Shown: positions 1-9,043 of the stretch, one piece after another | Layout: every line of letters starts with the position of its first letter | Position numbering within the stretch: position 1 is the first letter of the stretch | Assembly: GCA_040755455.1 (NCBI GenBank) | Contig: JBFMAY010000016.1 | Coordinates: 1-64,000, forward strand | DNA: 64,000 nt | Direction: 5' to 3' | Source: Thermodesulfobacteriota bacterium | GTDB taxonomy: Bacteria > Desulfobacterota > Desulfobulbia > Desulfobulbales > SURF-16 | Program-made: the position numbers and the translations under genes | The notes under the pieces: model-generated | Told to the model about the DNA's origin: nothing | Databases searched by the model: none | Seen by the model: only the letters and a program-made list of their open reading frames with translations

Positions 1-61
1 GCCAGTATTTTTCCTTTGCCGCTCTTGAACGGAACTGATGTGTAATGATTTCGTTCTGCAT
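1..61 (-). CDS. IS66 accessory protein TnpA-like, N-terminus (partial)
   Basis: ATG at 61 after GGAGG (69-73). Translates MQNEIITHQFRSRAAKEKYW, resembling the IS66 TnpA N-terminus; runs off the window. Confidence 0.55.
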   Translation of the reverse strand, partial: MQNEIITHQFRSRAAKEKYW

Positions 62-146
62 GCTGGTGCCTCCAGTGATAAAGTTCAGGCGCTCAGCATG
101 CCAGATTCTGCAACCGCTGAAAAGAAGCACTTTATTTGGCGCTTAC
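1..146 (-). mobile_element. Left end of a probable IS66-family element, continuing beyond the window start
   Basis: Minus strand begins GTAAGCGCC at 146, the typical IS66 terminal motif. It is followed by a GGAGG RBS and a TnpA-like ORF start. Confidence 0.65.
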
Positions 147-276
147 ATAACAACGACTTATCTGAGTGTTTGAATGCATAAGTAAATAAAACAGGAGCCT
201 CCTGGTGGCGGACAGCTCATAATGAGCAAGCGGGGTCGAATGAGTCGCCCTGAGTCAGACCCAACAGGAGGCTTCT

Positions 277-1308
277 ATGGAAAATATTCACTACATTGGC
301 TTGGATGTCCACAAGAAAACTATCGCATACTGTGTCAAGACGATCACCGGAAGGTCTGTCGGACAGGGCACAATAATTGCCGACCGCAAAAACTTAAGAC
401 AATGGGTGGACGGGCTTCCTGCTCACTGGGTTGGAGCCATGGAAGCAACGATGTTCACCGGCTGGATATACGATTTTCTCAAACCTCATGCGGTAGAGTT
501 GAAGGTGGCACATCCGGAGATGCTCAAAGCCATTACGGCAGCCAAGAAAAAAAATGACCGGACTGATGCGGAGAAGTTGGCCGATCTTCTACGGGTCAAT
601 CTCCTCCCTGAATGCGTCATGATGCCCGAGGAACTGCGAGAATTGAGAAGAATTCTGCGTTATCGGAACATGGTGGTCCGCACCGCCATTACCATGAAGA
701 ATAAAGTTTCAGGCTTGTTGATGGAGGTCGGAGCTACCTATGACAAACGTCGGCTACATGGCAAACGCTATTTCAATCAACTCCTTGAGAGGATAGAGGA
801 CGTACCAGAGTCGGTCAAAGATTTGCTCTCCTTGAGTCGAAGTAGTCTTGAGCTCTTTGAAGGTGTACAGAAAAAATTGATCAATACCTTGCGTGAGAAT
901 CCGACGATTCAAGAGCGTGTCGAGCGACTGATGAGTATTCCAGGGGTTGGCGAGGTTATGGCCCTGACCTGGGTGTTGGAAATCGGAGAAGTGGAACGAT
1001 TCCGTGGATCTCGGCAAGCGATCAGCTATTGCGGTTTATGCAGCGCCCAGCGGGAATCGGCAGGCAAGGAACAGCGAGGACCGATCTCAAAAAAACGTAA
1101 CAAACATCTTCAGACCAAGTTGATTGAAGCGGCAAACCTTGCACCTCGTTGGAATCCACATCTGGCGGCTGTACATGAAAAAGAGCTGAATAGAGGACAT
1201 CGGAATCAGGCAACTTTGGCAGTGGCCCGTAAGCTTGTGGAATATCTGCTGGCAGTGGATCGGCGCGGGACCCCCTTTGTGGTGGAAAACCCATCCCTGG
1301 CAGCTTGA
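277..1308 (+). CDS. IS110-family DEDD transposase/recombinase
   Basis: HYIGLDVHK, AMEAT and KNDRTDA (RuvC-like DEDD), SIPGVG, YCGL and ESAG serine motif; AGGAGG RBS upstream. Confidence 0.95.
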   Translation: MENIHYIGLDVHKKTIAYCVKTITGRSVGQGTIIADRKNLRQWVDGLPAHWVGAMEATMFTGWIYDFLKPHAVELKVAHPEMLKAITAAKKKNDRTDAEKLADLLRVNLLPECVMMPEELRELRRILRYRNMVVRTAITMKNKVSGLLMEVGATYDKRRLHGKRYFNQLLERIEDVPESVKDLLSLSRSSLELFEGVQKKLINTLRENPTIQERVERLMSIPGVGEVMALTWVLEIGEVERFRGSRQAISYCGLCSAQRESAGKEQRGPISKKRNKHLQTKLIEAANLAPRWNPHLAAVHEKELNRGHRNQATLAVARKLVEYLLAVDRRGTPFVVENPSLAA

Positions 1309-1319
1309 AAAGGAAATAC

Positions 1320-1510
1320 ATACATTTTTTGCCGAACGATCTTCCTGTCGAGCCTTGCTTAATAGTGGACTGCGTGAGCAAGAATCGCTGCACGCCATCT
1401 TAAGTGTTTCGAGGTCGGCGGGTTGGCCCAAACTCAATCTTACGTAAAAGGGATATCCCCGGAGACGGCAAATGGATGTCTGGTCGCCGGTTCGGTGGAC
1501 CACTGAAATA
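1320..1510 (+). ncRNA. Putative IS110 bridge/seek RNA (boundaries approximate)
   Basis: Structured non-coding tail. AATAGTGGAC (1361-1370) is the reverse complement of the right junction (1618-1627). ATGGATGTC (1472-1480) equals the element end (1612-1620). Confidence 0.6.
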
Positions 1511-1779
1511 GATCAAAAAGTTTGAACGGCAAGGAAAAATATAAAAAAGCCCCAAGGAATAACTCCGGAAGGCGGAGGGAAATCTCCGTTTTCCTCTTGA
1601 CTCTACTTATCATGGATGTCCACTATTTCATAGCAGGGTCAGGCTCAATATGAACTGGAATGGTGGAACAACAGAAAAGCGGCTTAACTCAGACTCCACT
1701 TTTTTGTGGCAAGATCATTAGCCAATATCGTCAGGATTTTAACCACCCAAAAAAGCAACTTAACTATTTGATATTATTG

Positions 1780-1855
1780 TGGTGGAGCTGAGGGGGATCG
1801 AACCCCTGGCCTACGCATTGCGAACGCGTCGCTCTCCCAGCTGAGCTACAGCCCC
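1780..1855 (-). tRNA. tRNA-Ala(CGC)
   Basis: Minus strand GGGGCTGTAGCTCAGCTGGGAGAGCG...ACGCG-TT-CGC-AA-TGCGT...GGTTCGATCCC...CTCCACCA; 76 nt, G3:U70 identity pair, encoded CCA. Confidence 0.97.
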
Positions 1856-1953
1856 GTATTTTTTCTCATAAACCACAGCTCGCCTGTTTCGTCAATGACA
1901 TGTTGATCTGCTTTGCTGTTTTTTGCCGTCCAATCCGCCGCCGGCTTCGGCGG

Positions 1954-3015
1954 TCAGGGGGCGGAAGCCGCAGGCGGCCAGGACGGCCTCCCGGCTCCGG
2001 GGCGAAGAAAGGCCTCGATATCTGCATCACTGGTAATTTCCGCAGCCGCCTTTTTCTGCACGGAGGGGAATGGCTCAGCAGGGGAAGCCAGCCAGCAGAG
2101 AATGTCCTGCCAGACAACCTCGGCCTGCAGGTCCCGCAGCAGCATGTGATAGCCGTTTTCATAAACAAGCAGACGCTGCGGGTTGGCAAATTGGCCATGC
2201 ACCCTTTTTCTGAAGACATCCGCCATTGGTTTGGGCGGAATAATCTCATCCCTGGCGCCATAGAGAAAAAGGACCTTCCTGTTGAAGCGGGCCGCTTCGA
2301 CATAGGCGGCATCCATCAGATTCGCCAACCCGTAAATCGCCTCGATGCGCGATTCCTTGATGACCAGCGGATCACGGCCCAGGGCTTTCAGCATTTCCTT
2401 ATTATCGGAAGGGGTGATGTCCAGTCCTTTTGCCGTCACCCGCAGCCAGGGCATGATCCGCACTCCCAGCCACAACGCCCAGCGCTGATAAAACGGCATG
2501 GTATTGCGGGCCCAGACCGCGGGGGCGACCAGAATCACCCCCTCGCCCGGCAGGGGATTTTCCGGACGGTCGGCGGCCATTATCACCGCGCCGCCCATGC
2601 TGTCACCGAGCAGGTACAGCGGCACATCCGGATGGCGCTTCTGCACCAGGGCGATGATGGTTCTGAGGTCCTCGCCCATGGTCCCGTGGCCGGCCCATTT
2701 CCCCCGGTGGGGCGCTGCCCCGAAACCCCGCTGATCGTAAGCATAAACGCCGATTCCCCGGTCATTGAAACAGGCGGCCGCGTCCCTGATGAAATTGGCA
2801 TAGTCGTTATAACCGTGCAGGGCGATGATAACGGCCCTGGGGGGCGCAGGCGGCAGCCAGGCCTTCAGCGGCAGTTCGCTGCCGTCAAAGCTGATGAATA
2901 CGGTGTCGGTCAGTCGCGGTTCTTCTCTCATCTTCCCTGGCGGCATGAAATGCGGCGAACAGGCCCACAACAGGCAGCCTGATAAAAAAATCAGCATTGA
3001 TCGCGCGAACATCAT
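1954..3015 (-). CDS. Alpha/beta hydrolase, lysophospholipase (PldB/monoglyceride lipase)-like, probable lipoprotein
   Basis: LHGYND, YDQRGFG, nucleophile GDSMG, D and H (GYHML) of the triad; N-terminal lipobox-like LWAC. Confidence 0.88.
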   Translation of the reverse strand: MMFARSMLIFLSGCLLWACSPHFMPPGKMREEPRLTDTVFISFDGSELPLKAWLPPAPPRAVIIALHGYNDYANFIRDAAACFNDRGIGVYAYDQRGFGAAPHRGKWAGHGTMGEDLRTIIALVQKRHPDVPLYLLGDSMGGAVIMAADRPENPLPGEGVILVAPAVWARNTMPFYQRWALWLGVRIMPWLRVTAKGLDITPSDNKEMLKALGRDPLVIKESRIEAIYGLANLMDAAYVEAARFNRKVLFLYGARDEIIPPKPMADVFRKRVHGQFANPQRLLVYENGYHMLLRDLQAEVVWQDILCWLASPAEPFPSVQKKAAAEITSDADIEAFLRPGAGRPSWPPAASAP

Positions 3016-3270
3016 TTTTTTAAACTTGCTATAATTGTCTGGCCGGGCAAATCATTATTCATAACATTGAGAGAGCATACCTTATTTGCTGCGAAAATTC
3101 AGCGGGTTTCGGCCCTGATTCTTTTTTCCCGGGCCGCCTCGGCTTTATCTTGTTTTTCAGGTGAATTTATTTTAATTATTGGCGCGGAGCCGTTGTTATA
3201 GTATTAACAGCAACAGCATGGTGTGACTGTGAAGTAGCGCAGCCAATTTGATGGGCGGGTTGCTATCAAC

Positions 3271-3360
<90 letters not shown>

Positions 3361-3415
3361 TGAAAGTGTCGGCATATCCGGCTCACGGCGAGTAGCAGGG
3401 AGCCCGGGGGCCGTC

Positions 3416-3835
3416 TTATTCTTTAATCCTTTTTTGTAATTCCTTTTTTAATTTTGCCTCAATTTCGGCAAATTGATTATTTCTCTTCCTGGTCAGTTCT
3501 TCCTGGATGGCTTCCACTTTTTTGTTTTTATCCTGCTGTTTTTTCTGGAATTCCGCTACTTCTTGCGCCAGATTATGTTTTTGTTCGCCTCGCGGCATCT
3601 CTTCAATTTTGAGATGGTCCTCAACAAAGAGCTTCATTCCGAAATTTCCCTCCACCGTCCGCACTATGCCCTTTTCTTTGAGCTGGCGACATAATGCATA
3701 GCCGGCCTCCTGCGAAATGGAAATCATCTCGCAGGTTTCTTCAACTGTCGGCGGTCGTTTTTTCTGATGCTCAATAATCCGTATGGCTGCCACAAAGACA
3801 TGCGCTTCCGTATACTGATCCATATATGCCCTCAT
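3416..3835 (-). CDS. Hypothetical protein: winged-helix-like N-terminus plus charged coiled coil
   Basis: RPPTVEE...LCRQLKEKGIVR resembles LexA-type wHTH; K/E/Q-rich C-terminal helix. Confidence 0.7.
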   Translation of the reverse strand: MRAYMDQYTEAHVFVAAIRIIEHQKKRPPTVEETCEMISISQEAGYALCRQLKEKGIVRTVEGNFGMKLFVEDHLKIEEMPRGEQKHNLAQEVAEFQKKQQDKNKKVEAIQEELTRKRNNQFAEIEAKLKKELQKRIKE

Positions 3836-4097
3836 GTTGTTTTTTCATCAGTGGGCTTCATTTTTTCAAACAGCTAACCTGCATTTGCTTTTTCTTTGAC
3901 TCAAACTGTCAGGAGCATGCGCCCATTGGCTGAGGAAATTCCGCTCCCTGATGGTTTCCGGACCGGCAGTCTATTGAAAAGCGCTTGCCTGTTAAACCAT
4001 TCCGAATAAGAATAACCCATTATGGGCGGAAAAATCGACAGCTATCTTAAACTGGCGGCAACAGCCATTTCTCTGCGAACGAAAGATTTGCATCTTA

Positions 4098-4126
4098 TTG
4101 ACACTCCGTCATATAATAACTATAAT
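4098..4126 (+). promoter_or_regulatory. Perfect-consensus sigma70 promoter
   Basis: TTGACA (4098-4103), 17-nt spacer, TATAAT (4121-4126), upstream of ORF 4177. Confidence 0.8.
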
Positions 4127-4176
4127 ATTTATTATATCTTGTTCATGTCAGTTACTTTATCTGGGGAGGGCAAGTC

Positions 4177-4755
4177 ATGCAGATTATCAATTCAGCATCC
4201 AATATGCCATATGTTGCGCCTACTGAAACTGACAGCCAAAACAGGGAACAATTGCGGCAGCAGACTGAAGCAACCCTGCAGATTTTCTCCAGCTATAAGG
4301 TGTCCCTGTCCACAGAAGCAAAAGCCCTGAACAGCCAGCGAATCCAGGCCAACAGTGTTACCGACGCCGCCCAGAACACCAACCAGGTCAATCAGGCCCT
4401 GAAAGCGCAGAATACAACCAGAACTGAACAGAGCACCTCCACTCAGTTACAGGCTGTGCAAAACACCACCCCTGCCCCCGCCGCTCCTGCAGAGCAGACA
4501 ACGGAGATGAATGCCGCCCCCCCGCCAGCGCCAGCAAGGGATACCGCCCAAGCAACCGCCTCTCCTGAGAGCGGATCTGCGTCCAGCCAGACAACCATAA
4601 CAACAGGCAACAGCACCCCCCCGGGCACATCCTCAGTTCCCCAGACTGTTGCTCCACAAAACCAGAGTACCCCGCAAAAACCGGCACAGGAAGCCCCGAT
4701 GGCTGCCGCCGGAGGCATGTCATCCGGTAAATACAATATCAATTTATCCGTCTAG
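4177..4755 (+). CDS. Low-complexity Q/T/P/A-rich hypothetical protein
   Basis: GGAGG RBS and strong promoter; KVSLSTEAKAL motif and C-terminal GKYNINLSV. Confidence 0.7.
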   Translation: MQIINSASNMPYVAPTETDSQNREQLRQQTEATLQIFSSYKVSLSTEAKALNSQRIQANSVTDAAQNTNQVNQALKAQNTTRTEQSTSTQLQAVQNTTPAPAAPAEQTTEMNAAPPPAPARDTAQATASPESGSASSQTTITTGNSTPPGTSSVPQTVAPQNQSTPQKPAQEAPMAAAGGMSSGKYNINLSV

Positions 4756-5017
4756 CCTGGCCTCCGGCTGTATAATTTTGCGGCCTGCTGCGACATTTTA
4801 CCATATGCGGCAGCTTGTTTTTTTGAGATATAGTCAAAGAAGGTAAAATCGTTAAAATATATTTGCCTTGCCAGAAGCTTACGCATGAAAAATAACTGTA
4901 CGATTCCAGCAGTTTATATCTATAAATGTTTTTATCTTGTGCCAAGTTTCATTATACGTTTTGCCCGCAGCATCCTGCATTTTCTCGCAAAAATAATTGC
5001 ATCAGGAGGAATTGGGC

Positions 5018-5896
5018 ATGAAAATTTCAAAATCCTTAACAGTGTTCCTGCTGATCGGCCTGTCTTATTGGGTTATTTATGCCGGCCAAAGCATAGCAGG
5101 AAGCCGGGGGCAGTCCCGCCCCGTTATGATAACAATTCTCCCCTGCGCAGATATCAGCAGTACCTATAAAAAATTCTATCCCCTGGCAGTCTTTCTGCAA
5201 AACGAGATCGGCAGCAAAGTTATGCTGCAAGTGCCCAGGGACTGGGATGAATTATCTCAGCTCATCAGTTCAGGTGAAACGGATTTTGTTTATCAGCCGC
5301 CCCATGTTTATGTGCAGTTGGAGGAACATTACAATAAAAGTGAAATCCTGACTGCACTTTCCCAGCGGGGTGAGCGAAAAAACCATGGGCTCCTTATTGT
5401 ACGCCGCGACAGTAATATCAACAAGGTCGGAGACCTGCGCGGCAAATCTCTTCTTTTCGGTCAGGAATTCTCCACAATAAAGACAGTGGCAGGCAAAGCC
5501 CTCTTGCAGAAACATGGCATTAATTACGAAAAGGATCTGCTGGAATACCGATACGGAGGCTCTTGTGAAGAAATTGCCCTTAACGTGTATCTCAAGGCAT
5601 CGGATGCAGGTTTTGTCTGCGACCATCTTCCCCTCAACCTGACATCGCCCCCCAATAAAACCTGGTCTATTCCGCCCAACAGCCTCAGAGTCATTGCCGA
5701 GACAGAGGAATACCACACCTGGATTTTCAGCGCGATGAAATCTGCCGATGCCCCTACGGTTTCCGCTGTGATCAGGGCTCTTCTTTCCCTCCACGAAACT
5801 CAAAATCATAAAGACTTACTGAAAGATATTGAAAGTTGGGGATTTGCCCCTATACTGGAAAGTGACTTGCCAAAATTACGCAAAAACTTTCTATAA
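5018..5896 (+). CDS. PhnD/phosphonate-binding-like periplasmic solute-binding protein
   Basis: AGGAGG RBS before ATG 5018; N-terminal hydrophobic segment; LIVRRDSNINKVGDLRGK and DAGF motifs of the PhnD-like fold. Confidence 0.8.
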   Translation: MKISKSLTVFLLIGLSYWVIYAGQSIAGSRGQSRPVMITILPCADISSTYKKFYPLAVFLQNEIGSKVMLQVPRDWDELSQLISSGETDFVYQPPHVYVQLEEHYNKSEILTALSQRGERKNHGLLIVRRDSNINKVGDLRGKSLLFGQEFSTIKTVAGKALLQKHGINYEKDLLEYRYGGSCEEIALNVYLKASDAGFVCDHLPLNLTSPPNKTWSIPPNSLRVIAETEEYHTWIFSAMKSADAPTVSAVIRALLSLHETQNHKDLLKDIESWGFAPILESDLPKLRKNFL

Positions 5897-5898
5897 CA

Positions 5899-7149
5899 AT
5901 GAAACTCAACTGCCGCCTTAAGCTCATCATCGCCATCTCGCTTCTGGTTTTTGCCAGTCAATTAACCACGGCTTACATTATTATCCACCAATCCGAGGTG
6001 TCGCTGCACGAAAAAGCCCATATCCGCGGAGAGGAACTGGGCCGGAACCTGGCGGAGTTTTCCAGCCTGGCCATAGTCAGCCGTAATCTGGCCAGTATTT
6101 ACGAACAAATTCAAACGGTCATGAAAGATAGCAACGTCCGGCATGTGGTGGTGGTTGACCCCGGCCATAAGGTGCTTGTTTCCCATGACCTGTCAGAGGT
6201 CGACAGTACCTATCCCCCTGAATATATCAAAAAATTCTATTTCAATGAAAAGCTGGACCGCAATCCCCATTACATTGACAAACATGGTGAAACCATTGCT
6301 GAAATAACGGTTCCCATCACCCTTGCCGACAATGTGCTCGGTCATGTTGTTCTCGGTTATTCCCATACTGAAATTGCCCAAAAGATCTCCAGTCTCAACA
6401 AAAAGACCATGATCACCCTGCTGGTGGGCTTTGCCGGGGCTTTACTGTTAACCATTCTCCTGACGTCAATGATCACAAGGCCGCTCATGCAGCTGGAAAA
6501 AACCGCCTTGAAAATATCCATGGGCAACTTCGAGATTGACAAACCTGACTCGAACAGCAACGACGAATTCAATCTGCTGAGCCAGACCATGTACAGCATG
6601 GCAAGGCGGCTTGAGGAGCTTGTTTATAACGATCCGTTGACCGGCCTTTACAACCGCCAGCTGCTGAACATCAGACTCAGCGAAGAACTTGCCCGCAGCA
6701 GGCGTCATGTCCGTCCCCTTGCCTTGCTGCTGGTTGATATCGATCATTTCAAAAGAATAAATGACACCTATGGGCATCTGGTGGGCGATGAGATGCTCGT
6801 TGCCATTACCTCGCTGATCGCCAAACAAATTCGCGAAGAGGACTGCCTGGCCCGGTTCGGCGGGGAAGAGTTCATTATTCTCGCGCCTGACATGGCGGAA
6901 ACCAATGCCCGCCAGCAACTGGCGGAACGTATCCGTTCCGCCGTGGCCAACGAACAATTCAACATCGCCCCAGCCAAACAGAGCCTGCATGTCACCATCA
7001 GCGTCGGACTGGCCCTCTACCCGACGGATGCCAAGAATGAAAGGGAACTGATCGCCGCTGCCGATCAGGCCCTCTATGCGGCAAAATACAGCGGCAGAAA
7101 TCAGGTCAGAACCTATTCCGAGCTGAAGGATTATCTCTCGGTCCCATAA
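5899..7149 (+). CDS. Membrane diguanylate cyclase (2 TM, Cache-like, HAMP, GGDEF)
   Basis: DPLTGLYNR, DIDHFKRINDTYGH, REED I-site, RFGGEEF active site. Confidence 0.93.
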   Translation: MKLNCRLKLIIAISLLVFASQLTTAYIIIHQSEVSLHEKAHIRGEELGRNLAEFSSLAIVSRNLASIYEQIQTVMKDSNVRHVVVVDPGHKVLVSHDLSEVDSTYPPEYIKKFYFNEKLDRNPHYIDKHGETIAEITVPITLADNVLGHVVLGYSHTEIAQKISSLNKKTMITLLVGFAGALLLTILLTSMITRPLMQLEKTALKISMGNFEIDKPDSNSNDEFNLLSQTMYSMARRLEELVYNDPLTGLYNRQLLNIRLSEELARSRRHVRPLALLLVDIDHFKRINDTYGHLVGDEMLVAITSLIAKQIREEDCLARFGGEEFIILAPDMAETNARQQLAERIRSAVANEQFNIAPAKQSLHVTISVGLALYPTDAKNERELIAAADQALYAAKYSGRNQVRTYSELKDYLSVP

Positions 7150-7441
7150 CGCTTCAACACTTTCATCTCCTCACCGCTCAACACCTCCGACGACAGCTGC
7201 GGTGAGCGCTCCGGCGATCAAGCGCGGAAAACCCTCCTGCCGCCTGAGTTTTGTGCAAAAATATCCGTTACTAAAAATCGCTGGGCACAAAAACCACTTT
7301 GTGGTACTATTGCCGGTTAGAATCGACTTATCCACCGACCCGCTCCCCATAATGATCACCGGACAGCATGCGATAAAGCATGGGCGCGGCGGCCATGAAA
7401 GCACTCATGCTTTGCCGTTTAACGAGTAAGAGAAAACACGG

Positions 7442-9040
7442 ATGAAAAGGAAACTCAGCAGCTATATAGGCACCGCCTTTTTTATAAATGTCTTTGCCAT
7501 CATGAGTGTCGGGGGAATCTGCATCATGATGGTCAATGACATGGTGCGCAATATCTCCCACCTGGAAGAAGAAAGTGAGAACGTGGCCAGGATATACAGA
7601 TTGAATGACCGGATACAGAAAGCCATCTTTATGGTGCACAGCTCAATCATTGATTATGATGGTTCGCGCCAGACCGATGTTATGGCAATGATCGATAAGA
7701 TCGAAGATGACCTGAAAATATACAAGGAAACCGAGCAGCAGGAGCAGAGTCCCCATGTCAACGAAGAAAACATCCTTTTGGAAAAACTCCAGGATAACCT
7801 CGTGGAAATACGCCGGGTGCTGGATGAAATTTATCAGAACCTGCTCATTGCCAGCCCCCTGGATGAAGCCGGTTTTAAAAAACTGGAAGGATTCGGCTTT
7901 AATATCCACAATCTGACCCAGGCGATCAATGATCTCCATTTCAAAACCGTTTCCGGCCTGGTCAAAGAGTCTTACAGCAAGATGTATTTCATTCTCCTGC
8001 TTTACCTTGTCTCCTCCGCCGTCGGCATCCTGGCCTCATGCGTGGGCTACATCGTTCTTACCCGTCATACCATCAGGCCGATCATCAGCCTCGCCTCGGC
8101 CACGGAAAAGATATCCTCCGGCGATCTTGCCATCCGGCTTGATACCGCCTCGGAAACGGAAATCGGCACCCTCTACCAGTCTTTCAACGCCATGACGGCA
8201 AAACTGCAGGAACATGAGAGAAAAAGGGAAGATTTCAACCGCACCTTGGAAAGCCAGGTAAAGGAACGGACCAGGGAACTGCGGGAATCAGAGGAATCCC
8301 TGCGCCGGACCCAGTCCGAGCTGCTGCGCATGGAAAAAATCGCCACCCTAGGCCAGATCGCCACCTCGGTCAACCATGAGATCAAGACCCCCCTGAACGT
8401 TCTCTATATGAACCTGCAGCTGCTTATCCGCAAAATCAACAAATGCGACATCGTGGAGAACGAACTGAAGAAAGGCATGCTTGAGCTGACGGAAACCATC
8501 AATGGCGAGATCTCCAGAATTAATGAGATCATTGAGGAATTTGTCAAATATGCCCGGTTCCCGGCCCCGAATTTCAGACTGAACAGCATCAACAGAATCC
8601 TGGCGGATATTGCCGAGATGATCACCCAGAATGCCCACGAATCGGATATCAGCATCGAGGTCATCCCGGATGAAACCCTTGACCTGTTGCAGATCGACGA
8701 GAAAATGATGATCCAGGCCCTGCTCAACCTGTGCATGAACGCCATTCAGGCCATGCCGTATGGCGGTCTGCTGCGGCTTTCCAGCAGAAAGGAAGGGACC
8801 TGCGCCAAGATACTTATCGAGGACACTGGACAGGGAATCGCGGCTGATGACCTGCAACACATATTTGATCCGTTTTTTACAAAAAAAGATGGAGGACTGG
8901 GCTTCGGCCTTGCTATAGTTCAGAGAATCATCGAAAATCACAAGGGGTCGATTTCCTGCATAAGCGAGGTTGACAAGGGCACGATTTTTGAGCTCGTCCT
9001 GCCGGTTCCGCCCGGCAGCATCTGTCAAGAGATAACATAG
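7442..9040 (+). CDS. HAMP sensor histidine kinase (NtrB-type), copy 1
   Basis: 2 TM, four-helix periplasmic domain, HAMP, H-box VNHEIKTPL, NAIQAM, DTGQGI, FFTKK, GLGFGL. Confidence 0.95.
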   Translation: MKRKLSSYIGTAFFINVFAIMSVGGICIMMVNDMVRNISHLEEESENVARIYRLNDRIQKAIFMVHSSIIDYDGSRQTDVMAMIDKIEDDLKIYKETEQQEQSPHVNEENILLEKLQDNLVEIRRVLDEIYQNLLIASPLDEAGFKKLEGFGFNIHNLTQAINDLHFKTVSGLVKESYSKMYFILLLYLVSSAVGILASCVGYIVLTRHTIRPIISLASATEKISSGDLAIRLDTASETEIGTLYQSFNAMTAKLQEHERKREDFNRTLESQVKERTRELRESEESLRRTQSELLRMEKIATLGQIATSVNHEIKTPLNVLYMNLQLLIRKINKCDIVENELKKGMLELTETINGEISRINEIIEEFVKYARFPAPNFRLNSINRILADIAEMITQNAHESDISIEVIPDETLDLLQIDEKMMIQALLNLCMNAIQAMPYGGLLRLSSRKEGTCAKILIEDTGQGIAADDLQHIFDPFFTKKDGGLGFGLAIVQRIIENHKGSISCISEVDKGTIFELVLPVPPGSICQEIT

Positions 9041-9043
9041 CAC

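Larger units (their letters stand above)
219..1620 (+). mobile_element. IS110-family insertion sequence with 3' non-coding region (ends inferred; TC core at 217-218 and 1619-1620)
   Basis: Contains the IS110 recombinase. Joining the right end to 219 creates TTGACT-N17-CATAAT, a circle-junction promoter. No long target-site duplication seen. Confidence 0.7.

Noticed and set aside
161..172. Alternative IS110 left end at TC|TGAGTG (would extend the ATGGATGTCTG match to 11 nt)
   Set aside because: It gives no -10 element at the circle junction, whereas 219 gives TTGACT-N17-CATAAT; disfavoured but not excluded.
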